Assembly (NCBI GenBank): GCA_963648855.1
Contig: CAVJGP010000003.1
Coordinates: 1-57,376 of the forward strand
Direction of reading: 5' to 3'
DNA length: 57,376 nucleotides
Origin: Alistipes onderdonkii
GTDB lineage: Bacteria; Actinomycetota; Coriobacteriia; Coriobacteriales; UMGS124
In this document: piece by piece, positions 46,874-56,689 of the stretch
How positions within the stretch are numbered: position 1 is the stretch's first letter
Layout: each line of letters starts with the position of its first letter
Made by a program: the position numbers and the translations under genes
Notes under the pieces: model-generated
The model's input: only the letters and a program-made list of their open reading frames with translations
What the model was told of the DNA's origin: nothing
Database searches by the model: none

Positions 46874-47078
46874 GAACCTACCGGATTCCGGTATGTGTCA
46901 CACGGACGTGATACATACTTAGCGGGCGGTTCCCTTCCTTCTTTCCGTTCTACCTCGTGCTTTCGGGCAGAAGAGCGTTTTTCTCGCCTGAGCGGCACTT
47001 CATCAAACTGACACGGGGCGCGAGCTGCGCCGTGCTAGTGTTGCAACCATCCCGCCCCCTATGACGAAAGGGAGTTTC

Positions 47079-48746
47079 ATGGCAAGCGATATCGAGATTG
47101 CCCAGTCCGTAACCCCTCGCGAGATAGGCACGATCGCCGCCAAGCTCGGCATCGACGAGCGCTATCTCGAGCGCTACGGCAGCCACAAGGCCAAGGTCGA
47201 CTACAACCTGCTGCGCGAGGAGTCCCACATCCCCGGCAAGCTCGTCCTGGTCACCGCCATCAACCCCACGCCTGCAGGCGAGGGCAAGACCACCACGACC
47301 ATCGGCCTGGCCGACGCCCTCACGAGCCTGGGCAAGAAGACCTGCGTCGCGCTGCGTGAGCCCAGCCTGGGGCCGGTCTTCGGCGTGAAGGGCGGCGCTG
47401 CCGGCGGCGGCTATGCCCAGGTCATTCCCATGGAGGACATCAACCTGCACTTCACGGGCGACTTCCATGCCATCGGCGCGGCAAACAACCTGCTCGCCGC
47501 CATGCTCGACAACCACATCCAGCAGGGCAACCAGCTCGGCATCGACCCGCGCCGCATCACCTGGAAGCGCGTCGTCGACATGAACGACCGCCAGCTGCGC
47601 TTCGTGGTCGATGGCCTGGGCGGCAAGGCGAACGGCACCCCGCGCGAGGACGGCTTCGACATCACCGTCGCCTCCGAGGTTATGGCCGTGTTGTGTCTGG
47701 CGCGCGACATCCCCGACCTCAAGGAGCGCCTCGCGCGCATCGTGGTGGGCTACACCTACGCCGGCGCCCCGGTCACGGCCGGCCAGCTCAAGGCCGCAGG
47801 CGCCATGGCGGCCCTTCTCAAGGACGCCCTCAAGCCCAACCTCGTCCAGACCCTCGAGGGCACCCCGGCCTTCGTGCACTGCGGGCCCTTCGCCAACATC
47901 GCCCACGGCTGCAACTCCGTCATGGCCACGCGCATGGCGATGGCACTCTCCGACATTACCATCACCGAGGCCGGCTTCGGCGCCGACCTGGGCGCCGAGA
48001 AGTTCCTCGACATCAAGTGCCGCATGGCGGGCATCGCGCCCGACGCGGTGGTGCTCGTCGCCACGGCGCGCGCCCTCAAGATGAACGGCGGTGTCGCCAA
48101 GACCGAGCTCAACGAGGAGAACCTCACCGCGCTCGAGGCGGGCATCCCCAACCTGCTCCAGCACGCCTCCAACCTCACCGAGGTCTTCGGCCTGCCCGTG
48201 GTGGTGGCCATCAACCGTCATCCCACCGACACCGAGGCCGAGCTCGCCCTTATCAAGAGCTGCTGCGAGGCCCAGGGCATCAAGGCCATTCTCTCCGAGG
48301 TGTGGGCCAAGGGCGGCCAGGGCGGCGTCGAGCTCGCCCAGGAGGTGCTGCGCCTGGTGGAGCAGCCCAGCCAGCTGCACTTCGCCTACCCCGACGGCGC
48401 GAGCATCGAGGAGGCTGTCGAGGCCGTGGCCACACGCGTCTACCACGCCGACGGGGTCGACTTCGCGCCGGCCGCGCTCAAGCAGCTTGCCACCCTCAAG
48501 GAGAACGGCTTTGGCAACTTGCCCGTGTGCATCGCCAAGACCCAGTACAGCTTCTCCGACGACCCTGCCAAGCTCGCCGCGCCCAGGGGCTTCCGCATCC
48601 AGGTGCGCGAGGTCAAGGTGAGCGCAGGCGCCGGCTTTGCCGTCGTCCTTGCCGGCAGCGTCATGACGATGCCCGGCCTTCCCAAGGTGCCCGCCGCCGA
48701 GAAGATCGACGTCGACGAGTCCGGCCGTATCACGGGGCTGTTCTAA
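47079..48746 (+). CDS. fhs: Formate--tetrahydrofolate ligase
   Basis: [11 protein letters not shown]...[17 protein letters not shown] is the FTHFS signature. ATG 47079 follows AAAGGGAG. Confidence 0.95.
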   Translation: MASDIEIAQSVTPREIGTIAAKLGIDERYLERYGSHKAKVDYNLLREESHIPGKLVLVTAINPTPAGEGKTTTTIGLADALTSLGKKTCVALREPSLGPVFGVKGGAAGGGYAQVIPMEDINLHFTGDFHAIGAANNLLAAMLDNHIQQGNQLGIDPRRITWKRVVDMNDRQLRFVVDGLGGKANGTPREDGFDITVASEVMAVLCLARDIPDLKERLARIVVGYTYAGAPVTAGQLKAAGAMAALLKDALKPNLVQTLEGTPAFVHCGPFANIAHGCNSVMATRMAMALSDITITEAGFGADLGAEKFLDIKCRMAGIAPDAVVLVATARALKMNGGVAKTELNEENLTALEAGIPNLLQHASNLTEVFGLPVVVAINRHPTDTEAELALIKSCCEAQGIKAILSEVWAKGGQGGVELAQEVLRLVEQPSQLHFAYPDGASIEEAVEAVATRVYHADGVDFAPAALKQLATLKENGFGNLPVCIAKTQYSFSDDPAKLAAPRGFRIQVREVKVSAGAGFAVVLAGSVMTMPGLPKVPAAEKIDVDESGRITGLF

Positions 48747-48747
48747 G

Positions 48748-49617
48748 ATGGCCACGATACTCGACGGCAAGGCCGTCGCCGCCAAGGTCAAGTCGCAGGT
48801 CGCCGAGCGCGTGGAGCGCCTGAAGGGCAGGGGAGTCCCGTGCGGCCTCGCCGTGGTGCTCGTGGGCGAGGACCCCGCCAGCTCGGTGTATGTCCGCAAC
48901 AAGCGCAAGGACTGCGCCGAGGTGGGTATCGAGGCCTTCGACTTCGACTTGCCTGCCAACTGCTCGCAGGAGGAGCTTGAGGCGCTGCTCGACGAGCTCA
49001 ACGCAAACCCCCAGGTCAGCGGCATCCTCGTGCAGATGCCCCTGCCCGCGCACCTCGACGCGGAGCGCGCCATCGCCCACATCTCGCCGGAGAAGGACGT
49101 GGACGGCTTCCATCCGGTGAACCTGGGCAGGCTCGTCCGCGGCCTTCCCGGGCCTCGTCCCTGCACGCCGGCCGGCGTCATGCGTATCCTCGAGGAGTAC
49201 GGCATCGACGTCGCGGGCAAGCGGGCCGTGGTCCTGGGTCGCTCCACCATCGTGGGCAAGCCCATGGCGCTCATGCTCATGGCTCACGACGCGACCGTCA
49301 CCATCTGCCACTCTCGCACGCCCAACAAGGCCCAGACGGCCCAGCAGGCCGACATCGTCATCAGCGCCATCGGACACGCCAAGCTCGTGAAGGCCGACTG
49401 GATGCGCGGGGGCGCCGTCGTCATCGACGTGGGCATGAACCGCGACGAGGAGGGCAAGCTCTGCGGCGACGTGGACTACGCCCAGGTGGAGCCCCTTGCC
49501 AGCGCCATCACCCCAGTTCCGGGAGGTGTGGGCCCCATGACGCGCGCCATGCTCATGCTCAACTGCGTGACTGCCGCCGAGCGCCTTGCGGGCCTCGACG
49601 CGCATTGGGCAGAGTAG
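48748..49617 (+). CDS. folD: Bifunctional methylenetetrahydrofolate dehydrogenase/cyclohydrolase
   Basis: [12 protein letters not shown]..., [14 protein letters not shown], and [14 protein letters not shown]...PGGVGPMT. Confidence 0.96.
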   Translation: MATILDGKAVAAKVKSQVAERVERLKGRGVPCGLAVVLVGEDPASSVYVRNKRKDCAEVGIEAFDFDLPANCSQEELEALLDELNANPQVSGILVQMPLPAHLDAERAIAHISPEKDVDGFHPVNLGRLVRGLPGPRPCTPAGVMRILEEYGIDVAGKRAVVLGRSTIVGKPMALMLMAHDATVTICHSRTPNKAQTAQQADIVISAIGHAKLVKADWMRGGAVVIDVGMNRDEEGKLCGDVDYAQVEPLASAITPVPGGVGPMTRAMLMLNCVTAAERLAGLDAHWAE

Positions 49618-49811
49618 CCTTTCGGCTTGTTTGTTGAGATTGCGATGTATTGTCGCAATTGCCTAAGAAAGTTGCAGTTCTGCTCCAAAAGTGCGTTCGT
49701 TGCGGGTATCATAAGCAAGTCGGTTCAAAGGAACCGTGTTTTCTCGCAAGCGCATCAAGCTGATGAGCTTGCTCCGTTTACCCTCAATTGGGTAGAAAGA
49801 AAGGCTAGACA

Positions 49812-50015
49812 ATGGCTCAGGGTACTGTTAAGTGGTTCAATCCGGACAAGGGCTACGGCTTCATCTCTCGTGAGGACGGCGACGACCTGTTCGTGCACTT
49901 CTCCGAGATTCAGATGGACGGCTTCAAGACCCTGGACGAGGGCCAGAAGGTCGAGTTCGAGATCACCACTGGCCAGAACGGCAAGCTGCAGGCCAGCAAC
50001 GTCCACAAGATGTAA
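49812..50015 (+). CDS. cspA: Cold-shock protein (CspA family)
   Basis: [33 protein letters not shown] carries the RNP1/RNP2 motifs. A ~190-nt relatively AT-rich leader lies upstream. Confidence 0.96.
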   Translation: MAQGTVKWFNPDKGYGFISREDGDDLFVHFSEIQMDGFKTLDEGQKVEFEITTGQNGKLQASNVHKM

Positions 50016-50039
50016 TTAGCTTTTCCAAGCATTTTGTTG

Positions 50040-50068
50040 AGGGGCGTCCGCAAGGGCGCCCCTTTTTT
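50040..50068 (+). terminator. Intrinsic terminator after csp
   Basis: ggggcgtcc gcaa gggcgcccc hairpin followed by a T6 run. Confidence 0.7.
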
Positions 50069-50275
50069 GTGCCGCAAGGTTCGCGTAAGGCGCTCGGCCG
50101 CATGAGGTAGGGGTGCGATGCGTAAGTCCTGCATGGCATACAGCCACACGGCATACAAGCACGTCGTGTGGCCTTGCAAGGCCTGCGCTATGCGCATACG
50201 AAGCGTGCGGCTGTAGGCCGTCGCAATGAGCGTCGCAGGTTACGGTGCGCGTGAGTTTTTCGCTTTGCCGTGCGA

Positions 50276-51160
50276 TTATCCTAGCGAGCAGCACTTCCGT
50301 GCCCTTGCCAGCTCCATCAACAGGGCGGGTACGGCGTTGTCGATGTTGGAGCCTATCTCAAAGCGGCAGCATTCCTTCAAGGGCCCCATCGCGTTGGCGA
50401 CGCAGATGCTGTTGGGGAAGCGCCGCAGCATGCTGATGTCGTTCATCGAGTCACCGATGACGAGCACTTCCCCAGGCCCCCAGCCGTACTCCTCGCAGAG
50501 CAGCTCCACGGCCTCCACCTTCGTGTGGCCGGGTGTCGCCACGTCGACCCACTCGTCGCCCACCGCGCTAAAGACGAGCCGGTCTCCCAGGTCGCGCGTG
50601 AAGTCCGCCGCCACCTGTCCGGCCCCCTCATACGAGATGATCCCGAACTTGCAGATGGATTCCGGCGCGAGGCCGTCGCAGACGCGCCGTACCGACGCCT
50701 GGTGCAGGTTCTCGATGCGCTTGCATACATGCTGGGCTTCCAGGTCGAACACATACGGCTCGCCGGGCCCGAAGACGGCCAGGCCCAGGGGACGGGGGTC
50801 GCGAATCACGCGCTCCAGAAGGGCCTGGGCCACCGGCCGGGCGCACTCCTCGTGCACCAGGGTGTGCGCCCAGCACATGACGTCCATCCCGTTGCAGGCG
50901 ATGAAGTCACGGCCAAGCTCGTCGGCGAAGTCGCCGAACACCTTGCGCATCGCATAGACGCTGCGCCCCGTCGTGGGGACGAAGGTGATGCCTGCCGCTC
51001 GCGCCTCGAGGATGGCCGGCGCGGCGCAGGCGGGCATGAGATGGTGGGCGTCGAGCAGGGTGCCGTCCAAGTCACAGAACACGGCCTTGATGCCTTGCGC
51101 CAGCTCAAGGAGCTTCTCGCGTGAGAGGGGGGCCGCGCTCATCGGGGGTCTCGACGCCAT
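50276..51160 (-). CDS. Cof-type HAD-IIB family hydrolase
   Basis: The AVFCDLDGTLL motif I, TGRS, and GDSMNDISM motif IV. Confidence 0.85.
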   Translation of the reverse strand: MASRPPMSAAPLSREKLLELAQGIKAVFCDLDGTLLDAHHLMPACAAPAILEARAAGITFVPTTGRSVYAMRKVFGDFADELGRDFIACNGMDVMCWAHTLVHEECARPVAQALLERVIRDPRPLGLAVFGPGEPYVFDLEAQHVCKRIENLHQASVRRVCDGLAPESICKFGIISYEGAGQVAADFTRDLGDRLVFSAVGDEWVDVATPGHTKVEAVELLCEEYGWGPGEVLVIGDSMNDISMLRRFPNSICVANAMGPLKECCRFEIGSNIDNAVPALLMELARARKCCSLG

Positions 51161-51169
51161 GGGTGGGTC

Positions 51170-52111
51170 CTACCTACGCTCGTCGGCCAGTTCGCAGAAC
51201 TCTGCGGCCAGCTCGGCCAGGTCGATCCCAGCGGCCTGAAGTGCGCACGCGATGGGGGAGCCCGCCGCCAGGGAAGGGGCGGCGTTGACGTCGAGGATGC
51301 GCGTCTTGCCGCCGTCCCACACAAGGCGCACGCACGCCCAGTCGCGGCAGTCGCAGGCAATGAAGGCGTCCAGGGCGCAGCGCTCCACCTCGCTGCGGAT
51401 GTCCTGCGCCTGCTCGGCGTCGCTCGAGAGGTGCGCAAGGTCCACAGGCGCGTGCCATGCGTCCCCGTCGCAAAGGTCGCCCGTGACCTCGATGGGCGGC
51501 AGAATGAGCACGTCGCTGAGGTCTCCCATGATGGGGACGATCATCTCGACGCCCTCGATGGCCGGGGTGACCACGACCTGGTCGCACTCCTGCTTGAGGC
51601 GCGTGAGGGTCTCGGAGAGCTCCTTGTGATCGGCCGCCGACGTCCCCGCGTCAAGCAAGGCGGCGTCGTTTGCACGCACCGTGAGGGGCCAGGCGCCGTC
51701 GAGGGCGTCCTCGATTATCTGCACCTGCCCGGTCTGGGCCAGCGCGTCCAGGCACGTCCTGTCGAGGGCCACGTGGGGCACGCGCTCGGCCTCGATGCTC
51801 TCGCAGGCGATGGCCCGTTCGAGCGTGTCGAGCAGCTGCGCGCCGTCGCGGCAGGCCCTGATGACGCTACTGCGCGAGCCGAGGTAGGGGATGCCCATGG
51901 CCTCGAGAAGCTGCTGGGCGCTGCCGGGCTCGCCCCAAACGTCGGGCGTCGCCACAAGGGCGAAGTCGGGCTTGGCCATCTGAAGGGCCACGGGCAGCAG
52001 CTCGTTGCACACGATGCAGCTGACCTCGTTGCCCTCCTGGGCGAAGGCCTGCAGAAAGCCCTGGGAGGCGTCGGTTTCATGCTTGACGAGAATTGCGATA
52101 GAGCGTGGCAT
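51170..52111 (-). CDS. Divergent ATP-grasp / D-Ala-D-Ala-ligase-like protein
   Basis: The C-terminal ..ACVRLVWDGGKTRILDVNAAPSL.. resembles the Ddl/ATP-grasp core. The N-terminal and ATP-binding motifs are poorly conserved. Confidence 0.4.
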   Translation of the reverse strand: MPRSIAILVKHETDASQGFLQAFAQEGNEVSCIVCNELLPVALQMAKPDFALVATPDVWGEPGSAQQLLEAMGIPYLGSRSSVIRACRDGAQLLDTLERAIACESIEAERVPHVALDRTCLDALAQTGQVQIIEDALDGAWPLTVRANDAALLDAGTSAADHKELSETLTRLKQECDQVVVTPAIEGVEMIVPIMGDLSDVLILPPIEVTGDLCDGDAWHAPVDLAHLSSDAEQAQDIRSEVERCALDAFIACDCRDWACVRLVWDGGKTRILDVNAAPSLAAGSPIACALQAAGIDLAELAAEFCELADERR

Positions 52112-52166
52112 GGTCTTCCTTACGTGTCGCGCGGACGGTCAATACGGACGGGGCTCGGTGTCTTCG

Positions 52167-53906
52167 CTATTCGGTCGAGCCGCCCTTGTCTCCGGGCTTG
52201 CGGCGCCTCCTCGTCGGCTGGCCGCCGTTTGCGCCGGCCGAGCCACTCGCGGCACCGTCCGAGCCCTCAGAGGGGCGGGCGGGTTTGGCGGTGTGCCGCC
52301 TGCGCTGGCCCGCGGACTTCTCCGAGGCGTCCTTTGCGGGCTGGCCTGCACGCTGTCCCTGGCCTTGCCCGCGCTCCTTGCCGCCCTGTTCCTGCCTGGC
52401 GGCGTCGTTGGTGCGCTCGGGCTGCTGGCCCGCCTGCTGGTGGCGACGGCGCGTTCTCGTGGCGCTGCCGTCCTGCTGCGCCTCCTGCGAGGCCGGCTTG
52501 CTCGCCTGGGGCTGGGCACCCTCGGCGGCCTGCGCGCTGTGATGGCGACGCGTGCGCCTCTGGGGCTCTGCCGCCTGCCCGTCCTTCGTGCCCGTGGCCG
52601 CCGCGCGCTGGCGCTGGGGCCTGTCGGGGGCCGCCTCGTTGCGCGGCTTGCGCGCGGGCTTGGGGGCGTCTTGCGCGGTCGCGTCCGCGTCGCGCTTGGC
52701 GCGCGGCTGCTCGGCGGCCTTCGCCTCGCCGGAGCGTGTCCTGCGCGGGCGCATCCCGCCGCCGCGCGGGCCGCGCTTCTGCTCGCCCTCGGCCTTTTCC
52801 GCAGGCTTGCCGTCCTGGGCGGCCTGGTCCTTGCCGTCCTGGGCGGGCTTGGAGCTGCGGCGCGGCGTGCGCTTTTCCTCCTTCGGCTCGCTCGCCTCAG
52901 AACTGCCGCGACGGCGGCGCGGCGTGCGCGAGGACTCGAGCAGTGACATGTCGAGGTCGCAGCCGTCACCTTCGCCGTTCTTGCGGTCGAGCTCGGCCAG
53001 CTGCATGGCGATCTCCGCCGTGCCGAGGGCCTCGAGCGCCTCTCGCGTGACGGTGTCGGGGCGCAGGGGGATGTTCTGCTCCTTGGCGCGCTTGCAGCAG
53101 CCCTCCGAGCAGGTCATGTCCTTGAGGGCGATGGTGAACGATTTGCCGTTCTCCAGGCGCAGCAGCAGCGTCTCCTTGGGAGTGTTGTACTCTACGATTT
53201 TCGCCTTGCCCAAGGGCGTATCGATGAGGTTGTTCTTCTTGGGCGCGCGCTGCTTGAAGTCGCGGTACGCCTCGAACTCGTAGCGCAGGCAGCACATGAG
53301 GCGGCCGCACACGCCGCTGATCTTTGAGGAGTTGAGGGGCAGGTCCTGCTCCTTGGCCATGCGGATGGAGACAGGCTCGAACTGCCCGCCGAAACGCACG
53401 CAGCACAGCTCCTGCCCGCAGGGGGCATAGCCTCCGGCCAGGCGTGCCTCGTCGCGCACGCCGATCTGGCGCATGTCCACGCGCTGGTGGAAGGCCCCGG
53501 CCAGGTCGCGTACGAGGTCGCGGAAGTCCACGCGGTCCTCTGCGGCGAAGTAGAACACGGCCTTCTCGCCGCCGAAGAGGAACTCCACGCCCACGGGCTT
53601 GATGTCCAGGTCGCTTTCCTTCACGAGCTTGCGGAAGGTGGGCATGGCCTCCTCTCCCTGGGCGGCGAGCTTCTCGGCGCGAGCGATGTCGGAGTCGGTG
53701 GCGACGCGCACCACGCTCTTCAGCTCGCCCTTGCCCTTGCACTCGCTGTCGGGCACGGAGAAGGGGTCTGCAGTCGCCAGGCCGAACTCGGTGCCGCGCT
53801 CGGTGTTCACGATGACGTGGTCGCCCGCCCTGGCTCCGGTGTTGCCCGGCTTGAACCACAGGTCTTGGGCACTGAAGTGCATGCGCACGGGGATTACGGT
53901 CGGCAC
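52167..53906 (-). CDS. ricT: PSP1-domain protein (RicT/YaaT family) with a ~290-aa basic low-complexity C-terminal extension
   Basis: PSP1 core RQIGVRDEARLAGGYAPCGQELCC...GVCGRLMCCLRYE. GTG 53906 lies 8 nt after GGAG and overlaps the holB end. Conserved tmk-holB-yaaT synteny. Confidence 0.8.
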   Translation of the reverse strand: MPTVIPVRMHFSAQDLWFKPGNTGARAGDHVIVNTERGTEFGLATADPFSVPDSECKGKGELKSVVRVATDSDIARAEKLAAQGEEAMPTFRKLVKESDLDIKPVGVEFLFGGEKAVFYFAAEDRVDFRDLVRDLAGAFHQRVDMRQIGVRDEARLAGGYAPCGQELCCVRFGGQFEPVSIRMAKEQDLPLNSSKISGVCGRLMCCLRYEFEAYRDFKQRAPKKNNLIDTPLGKAKIVEYNTPKETLLLRLENGKSFTIALKDMTCSEGCCKRAKEQNIPLRPDTVTREALEALGTAEIAMQLAELDRKNGEGDGCDLDMSLLESSRTPRRRRGSSEASEPKEEKRTPRRSSKPAQDGKDQAAQDGKPAEKAEGEQKRGPRGGGMRPRRTRSGEAKAAEQPRAKRDADATAQDAPKPARKPRNEAAPDRPQRQRAAATGTKDGQAAEPQRRTRRHHSAQAAEGAQPQASKPASQEAQQDGSATRTRRRHQQAGQQPERTNDAARQEQGGKERGQGQGQRAGQPAKDASEKSAGQRRRHTAKPARPSEGSDGAASGSAGANGGQPTRRRRKPGDKGGSTE

Positions 53907-54994
53907 TGGTGAATCTCCTTGAGGTCGAATAGCATGCCCTCGATGGCAAGCCGGGGCATAACGTTTCTTTCGATGTGCCTCATGGCGCATCCTACGGTCT
54001 CTATGGCGCGGAGCAGCTCCTCTTGCGAATACTCCTGCGACATGCGCGACAGGTCGCTCAGGCGGTCGTCGCAGGCAAGGGGCGCCGTCCGACCCAGCTT
54101 CAGGTGAAGGGCGTCGCGCAGGAAGGCGCGCTGCGCCCTCAGAGCTGCCATGATACCCGAACGCTGGGCAAACGTGAGCTGGCGTTTGTGCCGGTCAGAC
54201 ATATCCTTCAGCGCCCCGGCGCCCAAAATCTGCTGCGCCTGGTCATATTCCTGCTCCTGGGCCTGGCGCAGCCCCTCATTGGCGTCCTTGACGATCTTCT
54301 CCAGGGCGGCGGCGTGGCGCATGGCCCAGATGTCGTCGTGGCTGGCGATTCCCGCTATCTGGGCGAGGGCCTCGTCCCTGATAGCCCATTTGCTCGCGTC
54401 GGACAAGAACTCGGTTGCCTGCCGGGCATCCGTGCAGAAGGCCAGCGCCCGCCTGCAGCGGGCCTCGTCGTAGCCGCTCGTGCGGGCGAGGTCGGCGGCG
54501 GCGCTTGCGATGTCGCGCGCCGGGAAGCGCATGACCTGGCAGCGCGACGTGATGGTGGGCAGCACCGCCTCGGCGCTGGCGGCGAGCAGGATGAACACCG
54601 TGTCGTCGGGCGGCTCCTCCAAGTTCTTGAGAAACGCGTTGGCGCTCGCCGAGTTGAGGCCCTGGGCGTCGGTGAGGATGTAGGCCTTGCGCGGCGAGGT
54701 GATAGGGGAGAGCTGGACGTCGCCGATGAGGTCGCGCACCTGGTCGACGACATAGCCGGCCGCGCCCGCCGGGGCCACGGTGTGGATGTCGGGATGGCAG
54801 GTGTCGCGCCCTTCGAGCAGGTCGTCGAGGGCGCCGACGGCCAGGTGGGCGAGAGCCTCGGCTGCCTGTGCCTTAGCCGAGCTCGCCGGCCCCACCAGCA
54901 GGTAGGCGTGGCCGATCTCGCCGGTCTGGCAGATTTGCGCGATGAGGTTTCCCGCGCCTCCCCAGCCGCAGGTCAGTTCCGAGATGTCCCTCAC
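53894..54994 (-). CDS. holB: DNA polymerase III delta' subunit (start uncertain: GTG 54994 in a GTGA overlap with the tmk stop, or ATG 55021)
   Basis: ..GEIGHAYLLVGPASS.. the AAA+ clamp-loader box, ..TITSRCQ.. sensor-1/SRC-like motif, and a position after tmk. Confidence 0.8.
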   Translation of the reverse strand: MRDISELTCGWGGAGNLIAQICQTGEIGHAYLLVGPASSAKAQAAEALAHLAVGALDDLLEGRDTCHPDIHTVAPAGAAGYVVDQVRDLIGDVQLSPITSPRKAYILTDAQGLNSASANAFLKNLEEPPDDTVFILLAASAEAVLPTITSRCQVMRFPARDIASAAADLARTSGYDEARCRRALAFCTDARQATEFLSDASKWAIRDEALAQIAGIASHDDIWAMRHAAALEKIVKDANEGLRQAQEQEYDQAQQILGAGALKDMSDRHKRQLTFAQRSGIMAALRAQRAFLRDALHLKLGRTAPLACDDRLSDLSRMSQEYSQEELLRAIETVGCAMRHIERNVMPRLAIEGMLFDLKEIHQCRP

Positions 54995-55692
54995 TGGTCC
55001 CCACCTGCCGGGGCCGTGCATGCCTGAGCAAGCTCGTCCAGGCCCGGTAGGTCGGCGAGCTGGGCGCAGATGCGCCGCCACACCTGGTCGGGCGTGCCGG
55101 AGGCGTCGATGAGGCGCACGCGCTGGGGGTCGTGCTCGGCCAGCCACAGAAATCCCTGCCGCACGCGCGCGTGGAAGGCGTCGCCCTGCCGCTCCATCCG
55201 GTCGGCTCCCTGGGCGCAGGCGCGCTCATGGGCCAGGTTCTCGTCCAGGTCGAGTAGCAAGGTCCTGTCGGGCACGACGTCGCCACAGGACAAAGCATTG
55301 GCGTCGCGCACGGCCTGCTGGCCGAGCTCGCGGCCGAATCCCTGGTAGGCCAGGGTGGAGTCGCAGAACCGGTCGCACACCACCACGGCCCCCTGGTCGA
55401 GCGCCGGTACGATGACCTGCTCCACGAGCTGGGCGCGCGCCGCCTCAAAAAGCAGCAGCTCGGCCATGGGCGCGATGTCCAGGGAGGCCTTGTCCAGCAG
55501 GATCTGCCGCACCGCCTCCCCCAGGGCCGTCGTGCCGGGCTCGCGCAGGCGCACGACCTCGCGCCCGGTGCGCTCCAAGGCCTCTACCAGCTTGGACAGC
55601 TGTGTGGTCTTTCCCACGCCGTCGAGCCCCTCAAGGCTTATGAGGAGGCCGGTGTGCCCCTGCGGGGTCGTTGTCGGGGCGGCGTCTGTCAT
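54991..55692 (-). CDS. tmk: Thymidylate kinase
   Basis: LISLEGLDGVGKTTQ P-loop and DRFCDSTLAYQG. Confidence 0.93.
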   Translation of the reverse strand: MTDAAPTTTPQGHTGLLISLEGLDGVGKTTQLSKLVEALERTGREVVRLREPGTTALGEAVRQILLDKASLDIAPMAELLLFEAARAQLVEQVIVPALDQGAVVVCDRFCDSTLAYQGFGRELGQQAVRDANALSCGDVVPDRTLLLDLDENLAHERACAQGADRMERQGDAFHARVRQGFLWLAEHDPQRVRLIDASGTPDQVWRRICAQLADLPGLDELAQACTAPAGGDQ

Positions 55693-55811
55693 GCGTGGCC
55701 TTCCTCGGTCGAAACGTCAAGCTATCGATAAGAATTGATGTAGTATAGGCCAACGTTGTGTGGGAAACGTCGTGTGCGCGTCTTTGCACGCACCCGGCCG
55801 GGGGAGGCGAG

Positions 55812-56480
55812 ATGGACCGCTACCTGTACTTCGAGCTGCATCGGCGGTTCAACGAGGAGCGCCAATACCTCCTGCCGCGCTATCGCATCGTTTTCGACGA
55901 GCTGTCGTTGATGTGCATCTTGCGTGAGCAGACATGTTTGAGCGTGTCGGAGCTCGCCCAGCTGCAGCTTGTCAGCTCCTCTACCGAGTCGCGGCGGGTC
56001 TGCCGTCTTGAGGAGGCGGGGTTTGTCGCGCTTTTCCACCCGCCGAGCGACCGGCGTCGCACGCACTGCTGCCTCACGCCGTTCGGCCAGACCTCGCAGA
56101 CGGCCTTTCTGGAGGAATTCCATTATGGGTTTCCTCTCGGCTCATCGTTTGCCCGCGCCTGCCCGGATGCCGCCTGCCTCATTCCCGTCGTCGCGGCCAT
56201 GGGGCGCGTTCCCATGCCGGCCGACAACCTCATCCTCTTCTGCTATGTCATGCGCTCGTGCGAGGCCATGACGGTGAGCGACATCGTCGAACTCACGGGT
56301 CTGCAGGAAGGTACCGTGTCAATGGCCCTGCGTCGCATGGAGCAGGACGGCACCATGGACGTGGTGAGCCTCACGCGCTCGCCCCTGTCGCGCCCTCACC
56401 GCCGGATGGCGCGCCGGCACATCACCTCATATGGCCAGCGCTGCGGCCAGGAGCTGCTGCGGATGGTGGCCGAGCTGTAA
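55812..56480 (+). CDS. Transcriptional regulator with two tandem MarR-like winged-helix domains
   Basis: wHTH 1: LSVSELAQLQLVSSSTESRRVCRLEEAGFV...DRRRTHCCLTPFG. wHTH 2: MTVSDIVELTGLQEGTVSMALRRMEQDG. ATG 55812 follows GGGGAGG. Confidence 0.65.
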   Translation: MDRYLYFELHRRFNEERQYLLPRYRIVFDELSLMCILREQTCLSVSELAQLQLVSSSTESRRVCRLEEAGFVALFHPPSDRRRTHCCLTPFGQTSQTAFLEEFHYGFPLGSSFARACPDAACLIPVVAAMGRVPMPADNLILFCYVMRSCEAMTVSDIVELTGLQEGTVSMALRRMEQDGTMDVVSLTRSPLSRPHRRMARRHITSYGQRCGQELLRMVAEL

Positions 56481-56689
56481 CGGCTCTCGTCCGGGATTTC
56501 CCCCAGGTTCCCCCAATTCCCTCATTGCGTGAGTTGTTCGAGATTGCCGTCGCAACTTAATTTGCGCGGTGTTATAGTTCACGCGAATCCTCCTCATATG
56601 ACAAGTCCCGTCTCAAATAGTTCGGGGCTCGCATGCGGTTTCGCGCATTAGGGGGATAACCCAATCGGTACCAATGCAAAGGAGCTCCC

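Noticed and set aside
51431-53050. 539-aa + strand ORF and the Arg/Pro-rich ORFs 52005..52946 (+), 52139..52969 (-) and 52966..53949 (-) over the ricT locus
   Set aside because: The frame containing the PSP1 Cys motifs (52167..53906, minus strand) explains the locus. The alternatives are extreme Arg/Pro/Ala low-complexity translations of the same GC-rich DNA.
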